A stretch of DNA of 63,827 nucleotides, counting the filler, from Nemertoderma westbladi (Eukaryota; Animalia; Xenacoelomorpha), in assembly GCA_032718475.1 (NCBI GenBank). It is 4 parts of 4 records of this genome, joined end to end, with 100 filler letters (N's around TTAATTAATTAA, not from the genome) between each part and the next. Parts side by side here need not be neighbours in the genome. Positions count along the whole stretch, not along the records: positions 1 to 22,367 come from JAUCBJ010003519.1; positions 22,468 to 40,955 come from JAUCBJ010001033.1; 2 more parts are not named here. One strand, given 5' to 3'. The notes under the pieces are model-generated. The model ran no database searches. It was not told the origin of the DNA and saw nothing but the letters and a program-made list of their open reading frames with translations. The translations under genes were made by a program, and so were the position numbers. Below, in pieces: positions 10,371-22,649 of the stretch; within the stretch, counting starts at the first letter, position 1; every line of letters starts with the position of its first letter.

Positions 10371-12929
10371 AGTAGATAGCTAAACTAACCTAAACCACTA
10401 AACAGTGATAGCAGCCAGGCGCTATAAATGCAAACTATAAACTAAAATTTAAATTATTTAAAAATAAATAAAACATTATTACATTCATAAATGATAAAAG
10501 ATTGTATACATATTGAACGAAAACCTTTAATTATGGTATACATACAGTGCAATGACTCACAGAGGTACGGTACACTAGGTGTTTTAATATTATTAATACT
10601 GTACTAGCAAGATCTATATTAGATCTGTTGTGAAATATTTTTACGGGGGTTGAATATCATGAATTGTAATTGAATGGAGGTATGCCTCTGACATGGCATC
10701 AATGAAACTACTATAATAGCCTTGTTAGGTGCATGCAGGTGGTGTACTGCAATACAAACATTCAGTTTGGATATATTCCAAGCTTTATAACTTCAGAGTC
10801 GTATTGTTATTAAACCATAATAAGAGAAAGCCGAGAATGCCAGGGAAATTTCAAATAACCAATGTGAAAACATTTATTAAATATATTTAAAACTGGAATA
10901 TGAAACACTCTTGAGTATTCCCTAGGTAAATATAGTTACAGAATATAATATAATACTTGCAACAAAATAATCCTTGTCCCCAATAATTAATCGATAGCAA
11001 CCATTGTACTGTATGTAGAGTAGAGAGAATGCATTATAACAACAACAGGTGTTGTATTCATTCCTTCCCCCCCAGTAATACTACTGGACTAGAGATACTA
11101 ATACATCGTTATTGACTAATCCAATGGACTATATAGCAAACTATAGCAGCAGAGTCAATCCAGATTAACAACAGATTAACATTTATCCTGGTTTGAAACT
11201 TTTTAGCCAATAGCAACCCTTATTTTTGAAGCGAAGCGCAGGCACGGCAAAATTAAAGATTACTTTAATGCTACTGCCGAACGAACCTCTCAGTAAATAA
11301 TATTATATGGAATAGGTTACATGATATCGGTTAACTACATACAGTAGTGACATATTTTATCGTTACGCCTACGCTATACATATACGTAGAGCTCATATCC
11401 TCTGAACTTTACAGTAGAACATAATTTACAATGACGCACACCAAAGGATAAAATAGGAAGCTCCCAGAGCTCCCAGGAAAGTAATAATAGCGTATCTTGT
11501 CAGGAATACAAGCGGGTATTAAAAAACTGTCAGCCAATCCTACAATCTTATATCTTATATAAAAGTTGAGAGTTATTTTAAGGGCCTTTGCTTTTTATTA
11601 GCCAATGAATGGAGGCTGTACTCCATGGTAGGTTGCTCGTGTGTATCATGTCTTTCCTGTAACCTTGACACAAAGGCAAAGCGTAATGGACTCCAAATCA
11701 AAGTCGTGGAACTAACTGTCATGCGATCTGATTTCCGTAAAATTGGGGGGGTACTCGTCTCCAACAAGCGTGTGGTAACGCATGATGTCTAGAATGGGAA
11801 TTCGATTCGTGTATAAAGGAAAGTAGGTAGGAGTATAATTGATAATTGCTATTCGACATACTAGTTAGTAGTACCGGTACTGCAGAAGTAGGCTAATTGG
11901 ATTGTTCAGGTTGTAGCTAGGGACTAGGGAGAGCCGCCCAGCATGGAATCAATCCATTATGCCCTGGTGGCGGCCTATATTTCCCGTGGAATCCGATAGT
12001 GTGACGATATAAACTCGTATTTGATCAATATACTGTTTACATGAATCTTGATCAATCCAGAGGTGTCACAATGAGCCAGAAATCAATAATAATGGGACAT
12101 CTGTTTCCTAGTGAACCGAACCGCTCCAGTGGCTTGGCTTTAAGAGGAGATACTGCAGGGTGAAACTGGGTTTTCATAGGACACTCAGTGGTGTAACATC
12201 TAACATATATTGTATCATTCGGCCCTTTTAGCGCAGAGGGATATATAAATATAAGTTAAGTATCAACTCTAAATGATTATTAACAAATTATGATAAGATT
12301 TCCAAAGATCAAGTTTACCCTCTAGCGGCAGATTGAGTTACTGCTCACCCAAGGTCTATTAAATATCTTCCAGGAGGTGTCAGTCAGCTCACCAGGATAA
12401 AATCAAACACATGAGATAATGCAGATTGATCAATCTCCTCACAAAGACGAAATCTGTGGTTAGTAGTCTACATCCGTCTCGCAAAAATCGGAAAATTGTC
12501 GCTACAATTAATAATTAGTAACTACAAAATACTCCCGTCAGCAAATTTAAATCGCTCCATGACCTACTATAGATACGACCCGCCAAGCTGCTGCAAAGCC
12601 CCTAAATTTAGTGGGCCAGTTATTTCTCCTAGATAGAACGCGGCCCTAACTAAAATTATGTCCTCTTTCAGATGAGACAAATAAAAATTTAATAGCTCCA
12701 GTAGTTTTGAGATATGAGGAGTTCCTGGCACCCATACCATATCAGCACTTTTCGGAATTGATAAAAGTACTCAAATTACATCACCCTTCAAAACTTTGGA
12801 ATAACCATGAAACCATATTATGCTTTTTTTGGTTAGTCGAATTAATTATTAGTAATCGACAGCGAAATTAGAATGAACTCTTCCTCGTTTATTTTATAAT
12901 AGACACTAAAAGAACAACAAAATTACAAG

Positions 12930-13259
12930 GGGGCCGTCCAAGTATGACGTCTGCACTAAATCAGATGTCATCAGATAGGCGTTGACCCCCCCCCCCCCCC
13001 CCCTCCCCTAAATCAGATTAAAAAAATTTTCGCGTTCTAATCACTGAAACATGATGACTGGTAACTGAAACAGAAGGTCGTAGGCAAGCTATTTACTCGT
13101 CTGCTATATCTCTTCTAGCACAAACTGTATAAATGAACATGCTGACGTCAGATTTTGGCTGACCCCCTCCCCTCCCCTCATCAGCACGTCATCAGATTTT
13201 CCCAACCCCCCCCCCCCCCCCCCCCCCCTAAAGTGCTGACGTCATACTTGGACGGCCCC
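12930..13259. mobile_element. PIF/Harbinger-like MITE (copy 1)
   Basis: TIR GGGGCCGTCCAAGTATGACGTC with 3-bp TSD AAG; homologous to 46755-47137. Confidence 0.85.
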
Positions 13260-14162
13260 AAGTAGCTCGAAATTATCAAATAGCCAAAACTGGAAATTTG
13301 GCCGTATAGTTTCGCTACTGAGGTTTTAGAATGTGCTGATTTCATTGGCAAGGTTTATAAAATTGTGGTATTTTCAAAAATGGCCAATGTGTCAGTCGAA
13401 AATTTAAGTGCCAGCCAGTGCACTTCTATTTCAGTACTGCAGTACTCTGGTCTGGTACTGGTTCGGTAATAATGAAGTGAATTATTCAGTGTGGTACAGT
13501 ATGTGCTGTGCATTGCACTGCACTACTGCCTTAGGCATACCATTACTGATGACTGAATTACTGATTATGCTGTTACGCATCAATGCCTTATCATTATTAC
13601 ATTACCTGATTACGTCCGTACCTGTGTTTATTTGAATAGTTATTATCACCTCGACGCGGTCTGGCCAGCCATGGGGGCCTAATCTTGGTCTGGACATAGT
13701 ATCTGAATCTGTATGCGCAGGCCGTAGCAGTTATAGTTGGAAAGTGCTGTGTGTAGGCCTATAGATGCCGCTCGCGCGCTAGGTCTACAGTGGCACTTAG
13801 TACGACTACTCGGGTATTTTCTACAGAACAGATGACACCAGGGCCTTCCGCTTCCACTAAAATTTGTACATTTCGAAGGGCGATATATTCAGTAAACCCG
13901 GAATCTGTCCCGACTTCAGTGTGCTAAATGCCTCAAATTCCTCGGAGACCGCCAGTAAAAAGAATATACCGTCCTCGTCCACCGAAATTCATGAAGGAGA
14001 GTAAAATTAGTTCTTTATTTGATGTAGAGATGAAGCTACTGCTGGACTTGGGGTTGGAGGGGCCGGTTATTCTTTAAGAACCATGACGCTAGGTTTATTC
14101 TCCTGCCTAAACCAGCGGAAGTCATGGTAACGTGGAAACGCAACTATCGTTTTTGGTGTTTG

Positions 14163-15660
14163 TCCGGTGAGACGAAAAATACAAGTAGCATAAAATTTCA
14201 AACGGCAAAAATCAAATTTGGTTGGATAAAACGATATATATGAGAGTCATATTCGTGATCAGCATCCCAGAAAACCCATAATGGCATAAAATCAGGTTGA
14301 TTCGGTAATTATTTTTGTTCGCGCTTTTAGACCTTAGCAGTTTAACCTGCCAATTTTAGTTGTCTTTTTGTTTATAAAGCGACTTTAGCCTATATCAATT
14401 ATTTAATGTACTGAAGTTACATCAGCCGAAGCCAGTCTGTGCGCGATCATTCACCCACAGTTAAGGGAGACTGGATTCGGATGCTATGATGTTGCGGATT
14501 GCAGTGTAGACCTACTGTATTATTCGATTGATCGTTAATATATATAATCTCTGACAATATATTTACTTTCGGGGAAATATTAACAGTTCCTTTAGGACGT
14601 GGCGCTTTAAGTATAAAAACAGAGTTATGACTTATACTAATCACAACTAGATGGCTACTGAGTTTCGTAAAAAGCGCATTCTTTAGGAGATGCTTTATTA
14701 ACCTTCACACTACTTCACACGACTTCACACTACTTCACACTACTTCGCACTGATCTGCCGACCGTCACTGAATTTGATCATATATAAGGAGGATCGCAAC
14801 TGACACATGTAGGGATTATGAAATAGCATTTAATTCACACAAAAAACCACTATAATGTAAGTCGCAGTTGCTACCGGTAAACCTGTTCCTCTCACCTTCA
14901 GTAATCAAGAAGATTGGGGGTTTTATGATTATTCATCGGTATTCTCCAAATATATCAGCAATATACATTAACATAACACCAATTAATAACAGAAGCAAAT
15001 AATGCGGTGAACAGTCAGTATGTGTTACTTATGCAGTGTTCCATGTGCAGCAATGTTGAGTTGCGGTGTGATGCGATGTGATGCGTTAATAGTTTTACGT
15101 TCTTGTAATCAAAGCCATCAGATGTTTAGGCCAAAGTCTGAATCTTCCACAACAGAAGTACAGAAGATTTCCAAGCCGTTTCTGAGGCTCAGAAAGGTAA
15201 ACAAAGACCGTAATGCATTGCGCGGTTTTCCATAGGCCCCTGTTCAACATAAAGTGAAAATCGCTCTGATTGGCTGAGCAGAACAAAGAGGTTCCACGTC
15301 TACAGGAAATCAGCTGACAGATTTCGTCATCTGAGCTCCAATCTTTTAGAGTATTATGCGCATTGTGGCAAAAATGACTTGTTATGTCCGCTAAAGCACC
15401 TACACTGCGCATTGCGGGGAAAAATGACTTGTTATGTCCGCAAAAGTTTTTACAATTTTTGATTATCAAATTTGTGCTATTTTTCGTGACGCACATTGAC
15501 ATTGAGACGTATCCAAAAAAGCCGTAATCAACAAGGTAGGATATTTTTCAGTGTCATATTCGTGATCAGCATCCCAAAAAAACCACATGGTCATAGAATC
15601 AATATGATTTCGAGGTGATATTTCATTATCATATTTCCACCATTTTTTTCGTGCTCCAGG
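14163..15660. mobile_element. Probable nested DNA-transposon relic
   Basis: Imperfect inverted ends (GAGACGAAAAA / TTTTTTCGTGCTCC); TCATATTCGTGATCAGCATCCCA near both ends; internal decamer repeat (CTTCACACTA)n; no clear TSD. Confidence 0.35.
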
Positions 15661-16989
15661 GGCACAAATAACTGACTAATAACTAATATAACAACATGCC
15701 TATGTTGTTATATTATACACAACTCTTCGATATGTTTGATATAGGTAGAGGAATAAACCTTCCCATGAAATCATCACATTCTAGTTTTATCAATTCCGAC
15801 ATCTCATACTGTATCTCGAAAACTACAGGAGCTATTAAATTTTTCTTTGTCTCATCTGAAAGAGGACATAATTTTAGTTAGGGACAAGTATTTTCGACGC
15901 GCTAAACATATTGTTTCAGGGGTTCTATCTAAGAGAAATAACTGGCCCACTAAATTTAGGGGCTTTGCAGCAGCTTGGCGGGTCGTATCTATCTATGATC
16001 TATCTATAGTAGGTCATGATCGCTCAAAGTCAATTAGTATGACAAATCAAACAACGCCCCTAGAGATCCCTAACTACAAAAATATAATATCGCGAACGCG
16101 ACAAATTAATTTCTCTTACAATCCACACAATTCCTGATTCATTTTAATTCCAAAGGCTTCGCCAATTTCCTGTAATTTGATATCCTATCGTTGACCTATA
16201 AAACCCGCGCCTAGTTTACAAAGGAAATAAATCTTAAACGTTTTTTTTATCAGAGAACTGCCGGAAATTAAACCCTAGGCCCTACAACTTATCTACTACC
16301 AGTTATATGCGACACAACTACGACAGCATTATTACCGATAATATTCTACTTAAAAGCTATTTATAGTATATTTTCTTTAGTATTTTTTTTATATATTTTC
16401 TATAGTATAAATTTTGTCAGAATTAATTAAATTATATTTTCTCAAGCTCCTACTTTTGTGTGGGTGTTACTGTGTGAATTTGCGTAATGTGATTCTATAC
16501 ATTCTGAATACGTTATGAACTTTACCAAAAAATTGAAAAAATATAGGGTATTTCATATATTTTATCTTAATAATCTTTATTAAAAAAAAACCCTTTAGGA
16601 GCGGGGTTCTTCTATTGTATTTCAATACTATTTATTATACAAAAAACCTTAATGAGCTTTATTGTGGAGATGTTTATAATATTCATTAAATATATATATA
16701 TATTAGACCATTACACAAATTAAAATTACAAATACAAATACCCATCACCACACAAAGCGACTCAGAACTGGTCTTTAAAAATGAGCTTTATTCAACCACC
16801 AAATAACATAGGCCTACTGTACATATCAGTTATACTGTTTGAATTCAGAACTGCGGCATCAAACGCAATAAAATATAGTCGAGAATTACAGTAGGTTGGA
16901 TGGGTGTGGTTTTTTTTATTATTGTAAGCTGTGCTGGCTATATTCGTTACACATAAATTCACATCACAGGTATACAATTACTATAATAG

Positions 16990-17535
16990 GCCTACTGCAT
17001 TACCAATGTCCGCCCCAACGTATCGCAGTGCCTTACTTACGCCCTAAGCCCCCTTCGCGAACACTTAGATCTAGTACTGTAACACAGGGTTACTCGTAGT
17101 TTCGAGATATACTATGGAACACTACAGAAGACAAACATTCTCAGTGGCTGCTCCGCTTGTCTGGAATGCCCTCCCACAACAAATTCGCGTAGCTAAATCA
17201 ATTGAATCGCTTAAATCGAAATTAAAGACACACTAATTGAACTTAGAATACAATGTATAATTCCATGAGTGCTAGTTTTTACTCGAACTCAGTTTTTAGA
17301 ATTTTACTCTGTTTTTAGAATTTGGTTTTATAATTTTACTCTGTTTGTAGAATTTGGTTTTATAATTTTACTCTGTTTGTAGAACTTGGTTTTATAATTT
17401 TACTCTGTTTTTAGAACTCCGTTTTTTATAACTTTTACTCTGTACTACAATATTGCTTTTAATATTTTATTGATTGTTTGTTGATAGTTATTTTATTTCT
17501 GTGCCTAATTTATTTTATATCATACAGTTGTTACA
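16990..17535 (+). mobile_element. L2-clade LINE ORF2 C-terminus and 3' UTR fragment
   Basis: Encodes ...PPSRTLRSS... and TFSVAAPLVWNALPQQIRVAKSIESLKSKLKTH*, a typical L2/CR1 ORF2 end; about 32-bp tandem repeats in the UTR. Confidence 0.8.
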
Positions 17536-19728
17536 CATTTATTAGCGGGATTATAACTATCTCTAATGCTGGGCTACGGCCAAAAAAGTTATTTTGCCCT
17601 ATTAGGGCAAAATAACCATGTTATTCCCTCTTAGAAGTAGTGAAGTGTTACATACTGACATACAAACATAGAAACCGGTAATGCTGCTGTACTCGTCTTA
17701 GGTCTGTTGTGTGTCACATCAGGTGCAAATCAGGCATTCAAACCACCAACTAGTTTTATATTTCATGTGAAAATATTTTTCATGGAAGTACTTAAATTTT
17801 ATTTGTGAAAATATTTTTCGTGGAATTTCTTAAATTTTATTACATGTGTTGAAAGAACATCGAAGTAGAAAATGTTTGCAGCTTTGTATGTAATTTGAGC
17901 AAAATCCATGCTGAATAGTAAACTCAATATATTTACTCAATAGTTAAATAACTTAATATATTCTTAATAAACTTAATGTATTCCAGAACCATTAAATTAT
18001 TTAACATTGTGTAAGGCAGCATCAGGAGGACGAGTACAGTAATTTGAACCCCAGAACTACGATAGCAATATAGTTTGCTAATAATTTACTTTAATAACTA
18101 TTACAACAATCCGGTTAAGGATATTGTTGGTATAAATTGAATTGCACTAACACAGAAATATAAGTGAAAAAAGTACCAATTTAAGAATAAAATTGCGTAT
18201 TATATGGCCAAAACGTAGGGCCTAGCACATTTTTTTCAATATTCTCTCGACCCTTTATTAACTTCGCTGGCGCTCGGGAAATAAAATAACTCGAGTATAG
18301 TGGAAAAGTTATAATTTTTATTTTCCTAAGTACTAAATACTTAATTATACTAATAAAATGTATTTTAGGGCGCGAGGTAACCCTGTCCCGGGGACATCTA
18401 GACAACGCTGGGACAACGGTCGGGGGTGTACGAGACGATTTAGTAGCGCGAGGGCTCTGGGCGAACCAACGGGTGGCGTCGTTAGATGTTGCGATTATAA
18501 ACGCTGACGCCACCTCGTACGCCCAGGCCAATCGATCAACCGAGTCTCTCCTCGAAGAACGCTGCAGCTATAAGAGGCGCCACTACCGCACTGTCTGTGA
18601 AGACCGACGGATGTCGTTCACTCCGCTCGTGGGTACCACAGACGGTGTGTGGTGTCCAGAAACCAGGATACTGATCAATCACATTGCAGAAGTCCTGGTG
18701 GGGAAGCACCAACCAATGCGTGAGCGCGGTCTCGCCAGCGTGTTGGGAGGCGTTCGACGAAGATTGCAATTTGCACTGCTGAGATCGAGTTCTCTTTGCC
18801 TCCGTGGTGGTCGCAGATCTTGGCGTGGACTTGGGTTTGGCGATTTGGCCGGTCTTCGTGGACGAGACATAACGACACAATACTAGCCCACGGCCGAGCT
18901 GTTGAGATCCACATAAACAAATGTATAACATATAATACTGAAATACTCTATCGATCAACTCTTTATATATATATTTAATTTGGTTGTGTTAATTTTCATT
19001 AATATCAATATTCTCTATTATATTAAAATATTAAGATAAAATGTATTTAATGTGAACAATACAGTCTGTGGGTAATGGATACATGACTTGTCCACCAAAA
19101 ATACTATTCAATTAATTCAGCCAATTTAGTTATATATCCAATTTGAAGTTTATGCAATATGTTACCCCTAGCGGCCAATATAGGAAAATATAGAAATTTT
19201 AGAAAGTAAACCATTTAAATAAGTTTGACATCAATTTTTACTAACAAATTCGGGTGATTTTTGATGATCGAATCTTACGGCGATTGGATGAATTAAGCCT
19301 AGAGCTATACAACACACATGACACAGTTAATGTTTTACCTTGGAGCTTGGGTGTTATTATTCCCTTGGGCAAAATAACACCTATGCAATTAATGAATTAA
19401 AGTGAAACACACCGAAAATTTTCCAATTCCCTTGGGAAAAATAAATATAAACACCCCCAAAACTTTCCAAGCCCCATTTTGTAAACTCTTCCCCCAAACA
19501 ATGCCCTTTTAGAATCTGTAAATAGTTGTTAAGGGACAAAAATAATCGAAATGCATACCATAATAAATGTGCAACAACTTACTTATTCCCCAGAAGTTAG
19601 TTATTTTCCCAGTTATTTAACCCTTGGGCAGGAACACCCTCGGGCTTCGCCCTCGGGTTGTTTCCTGCCCGCGGGTTAAATAACTGGGAAAATAACTAAC
19701 TTCTGGGGAATAAGCATAGTTACATTGT
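17536..19728. mobile_element. Unclassified insertion ending in a 133-bp hairpin
   Basis: Splits the L2 copy; bounded by CATACAGTTGTTACA / CATACACTTGTTACA; internal recurring GGGCAAAATAAC/TTATTCCC motifs; hairpin at 19582-19714. Confidence 0.55.
18368..18886 (+). mobile_element. CRE-clade non-LTR retrotransposon fragment (restriction-like endonuclease C-terminus)
   Basis: GC-rich island encoding RDDLVARGLW..QRVASLDVAIINADATSY...KRRHY...FTPLVGTTDG...RSSSLCLRG, the pattern of CRE-type RLE domains. Confidence 0.75.
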
Positions 19729-19831
19729 CATACACTTGTTACATTGGTGATTGTATCTGTTCTCTCCTCACGCGCCTTGAGCAAACTATAAGAAAAGGCG
19801 CTATATAAATGTAATTATTATTATTATTATT
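19729..19831 (+). mobile_element. L2 3' terminus separated from its body by a 2.2-kb insertion
   Basis: CGCGCCTTGAGC...AAAAGGCGCTATATAAAT...(TTA)n tail. Confidence 0.7.
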
Positions 19832-20208
19832 AAATACATAAATAATATGTTCCAGAATATTGTGTATTTATTAAATATAATAAATGGCTGCCCTGCAGGC
19901 TTATCGCAAGCAAATACCTGCACTTTTTTGAACGCCCATATCATTCCCGGTATTTACCAACGACATTACTTAGTTATTTACAAATTTGGAATCCTTGCAA
20001 CAATAACTCCGGTGCGACTGGTGCAAATAATTACTTAATTATCATAATAATAAGCTGAGATTGAAGTGAAGGCTTGAAGAAACATTAATGTTGACTGATA
20101 ATTACTGATGTTTATTGTTAATCTTCGCATATTGCTACGGAAACTAGGTAAAATTATAATCGTATAATTTAAAAAAAATGTTCCATAAATGTTGTTTTTT
20201 CCTAAAAT

Positions 20209-21066
20209 GTGGCTGGCCACTAGAAAAGGGACCTTATGTCACCGGAGGTCGATTTTGAGTTATTAGACCTATGAGATGCAGAATTTTCCAGAGATTTTAA
20301 CAAATAAAAACGGTGTCTCAATATCTATTTCTAAAAAAAAGTTATAGCGATTTATGTGAAGGTGAATCGGGTAGCAAATAAAATTTTATATTGTTATTTT
20401 TTTTTTATTTGTTATAATAAGCGATTATTAAAAAAAATGGAAAATATTAATAATATCATAGCAATTCTTACTATATAGTTAGGCAGCTCAATGTTATTCG
20501 GGTTTTTATACAACTTTTAACACTTTGAAACTATTAATATTGTTCATAAACTATTTTAAAAAAATTTTTGCAAAATTTTCAAAAAAACATTTAACCAAAA
20601 AAAATTTTTTTTTAATTTAAAATCTTTTCAAAAAGATAAATTTATTTTACAAAATTTAAAATTATTTGTATTTTGAATTCTTTATTGGGATTACAAAATT
20701 TAATTAAGAACTAACGAAGATAAATTAAGAAAATGACAGCCATATTGCATTTAAAAAATAACTGTAGGCCTACAGTACCTACATATTACAGTAGTACAAT
20801 TACAATTTATTACAGTCCTATATTCAGACATGAAAACCCTAAGACAGTGATATATACAACACTGCAACATCTTATATTGCTTCCTGTAATTAGTTATTTC
20901 CTAGGTATATTGAATATCAGAACCAATTTGAATTTCCCTCATCGTTTTATACATTTCTAAATTGATAATCCAATTAAATTTGTTCAAAAATAGAGGGAAA
21001 CTTTAAACGCGATTATCTCAGAATCAGGTTTTGCGACATAAGGTCCCTTTTCTCGTGGCCAGCCAC
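20209..21066. mobile_element. Sola1-like MITE
   Basis: TIR GTGGCTGGCCAC(T/G)AGAAAAGGGACCTTATGTC with 4-bp TSD AAAT (fits AWWT). Confidence 0.7.
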
Positions 21067-21933
21067 AAATTATACTGTTTTCTTAGAAATTGCTGTGATA
21101 CGGGATTCTAGAAAATATATGTTGCAGTATATTCATATAATTTTATGTATTATCCTATGGTACAGCAATATACCAAACTTGCTACGGTTTCTTTCTATAA
21201 ATGTACTGTAGCTATATATTTCACATTAAGCCAAATGACCATCTCAATAAGATTGACAGATTGGCACTTTAAATTCTACTCCAGTATTCGTAAGAATGAT
21301 AACTCTTATTACAATCTGACCACACCAAAAGCCATGCGAGCATCATTAAATTTGATAGAAACGGCATAAAAAAGTGAAGATCTTTTCGTTGTTTGCCATC
21401 TTATTAATTTTATTAAATTTTACTGGGGGGGGGGGGGGGGGGTGGGGGTGGGGTGGGGAGGGGGGTAATAGTGTAACTAACCCGTGTCACCATAATTGAT
21501 CAATCATAACATAATAATCACCATAATCGCGGAAATGAAAAAAAAAACAAGGAGAGCTCCTTGTAACAAGTACGAAAAATAGAAAAGGTCTCACGACTCA
21601 TTTCCAGTATAGACCCCTCAGAACTATATTCCTTACAGGCAATGAGATAACTGGTACTCATTTAACGACCATTTAAGAAACAAAGCAAATATGCACGCGC
21701 CCTGTTTGGTTAGTCCCTTAGCATTTGTGCCAAAACGAAAACTATCCTGGCCCGCATGCAGGGTAGAACCCCACGTCCTCTGGTGCGATATTAATTCTAG
21801 GAAATGGATTTAAATGCTATGCAAGGCTTGAAAAAATTGAATACGCGTCTTTGTATTAGAAAACGATCCTTAAAAATACAAAGTATGCTGTCATGTTGTT
21901 CGTTCAATATGCTCAAATGACCAATTAACACAA

Positions 21934-22174
21934 CAACATTGCAATGTTCTTGAGTTAATATACGGAGATAATAACCTTCAGCGAATAAAACTGTAATAAT
22001 CACTTCTGCCTTATCCTTCAGCAAATTAACCTAATATAATAACCTCGGCCTGCGGCCTCGGTAATTATACAGGTTAATTTGCTTCTGGAACGGCAATAGT
22101 GATTATTCAGTTTTATTCGCTTCAGGTTATTATCTCCGTATATACAGTATTAACTCAAGAACATTGCAATATTG
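21934..22174. repeat. About 240-bp imperfect palindrome with centre CTCG-GCC-TGC-GGC-CTCG
   Basis: Arms CATTGCAATGTTCTTGAGTTAATA... / ...TATTAACTCAAGAACATTGCAAT are reverse complements. Confidence 0.9.
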
Positions 22175-22367
22175 TATGTATATTATTTGTTGTCAAGTAA
22201 AAACAAAAAAAGTAAAGCAAAATTTGCAAAAAACTGTTAAGAAATGACGGAGGAGTAGTATTTTTCGTGCCAAAAAAAGCAATTATTGAGAAAATCGCCT
22301 TCAAAGATAGAAAACTTAACAAACTCTTATAAACTATCAGTTTGCACCTTCATGTACGATACTTATT

Positions 22368-22467
22368 NNNNNNNNNNNNNNNNNNNNNNNNNNNNNNNNN
22401 NNNNNNNNNNNTTAATTAATTAANNNNNNNNNNNNNNNNNNNNNNNNNNNNNNNNNNNNNNNNNNNN
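22368..22467. other. Artificial contig linker
   Basis: 100-bp N-run containing TTAATTAATTAA (stops in all six frames). Confidence 0.98.
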
Positions 22468-22649
22468 GCCGCAATCAGCCACCGTACAGACCCGTACAGA
22501 CCCGTACGGTGGATGTTTGTTGGAAAAAAAATTGTTATGAAAAATGTTGGATAACAACATTTTATGATATCAAATTAGAATTTCACTTGTTTCGGTTTTG
22601 GCTTTAGAATATCTGTACATTAACGCGAATTTACGGTAGGCCTATTGCC

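Larger units (their letters stand above)
12558..16018. mobile_element. P-element-like non-autonomous transposon with about 160-bp imperfect TIRs and nested inserts
   Basis: Termini CATGACCTACTATAGA...TCTATAGTAGGTCATG; 7-bp TSD ATCGCTC at 12551-12557 and 16019-16025; arms 12558-12720 and 15805-16018 are inverted copies. Confidence 0.8.

Noticed and set aside
11440-12200. Moderately GC-rich stretch that might be a decayed coding sequence
   Set aside because: No recognisable motif or sustained frame in the parts translated by hand; needs tblastx
22412-22423. TTAATTAATTAA palindrome within N-runs
   Set aside because: Assembly linker, identical at all three gaps
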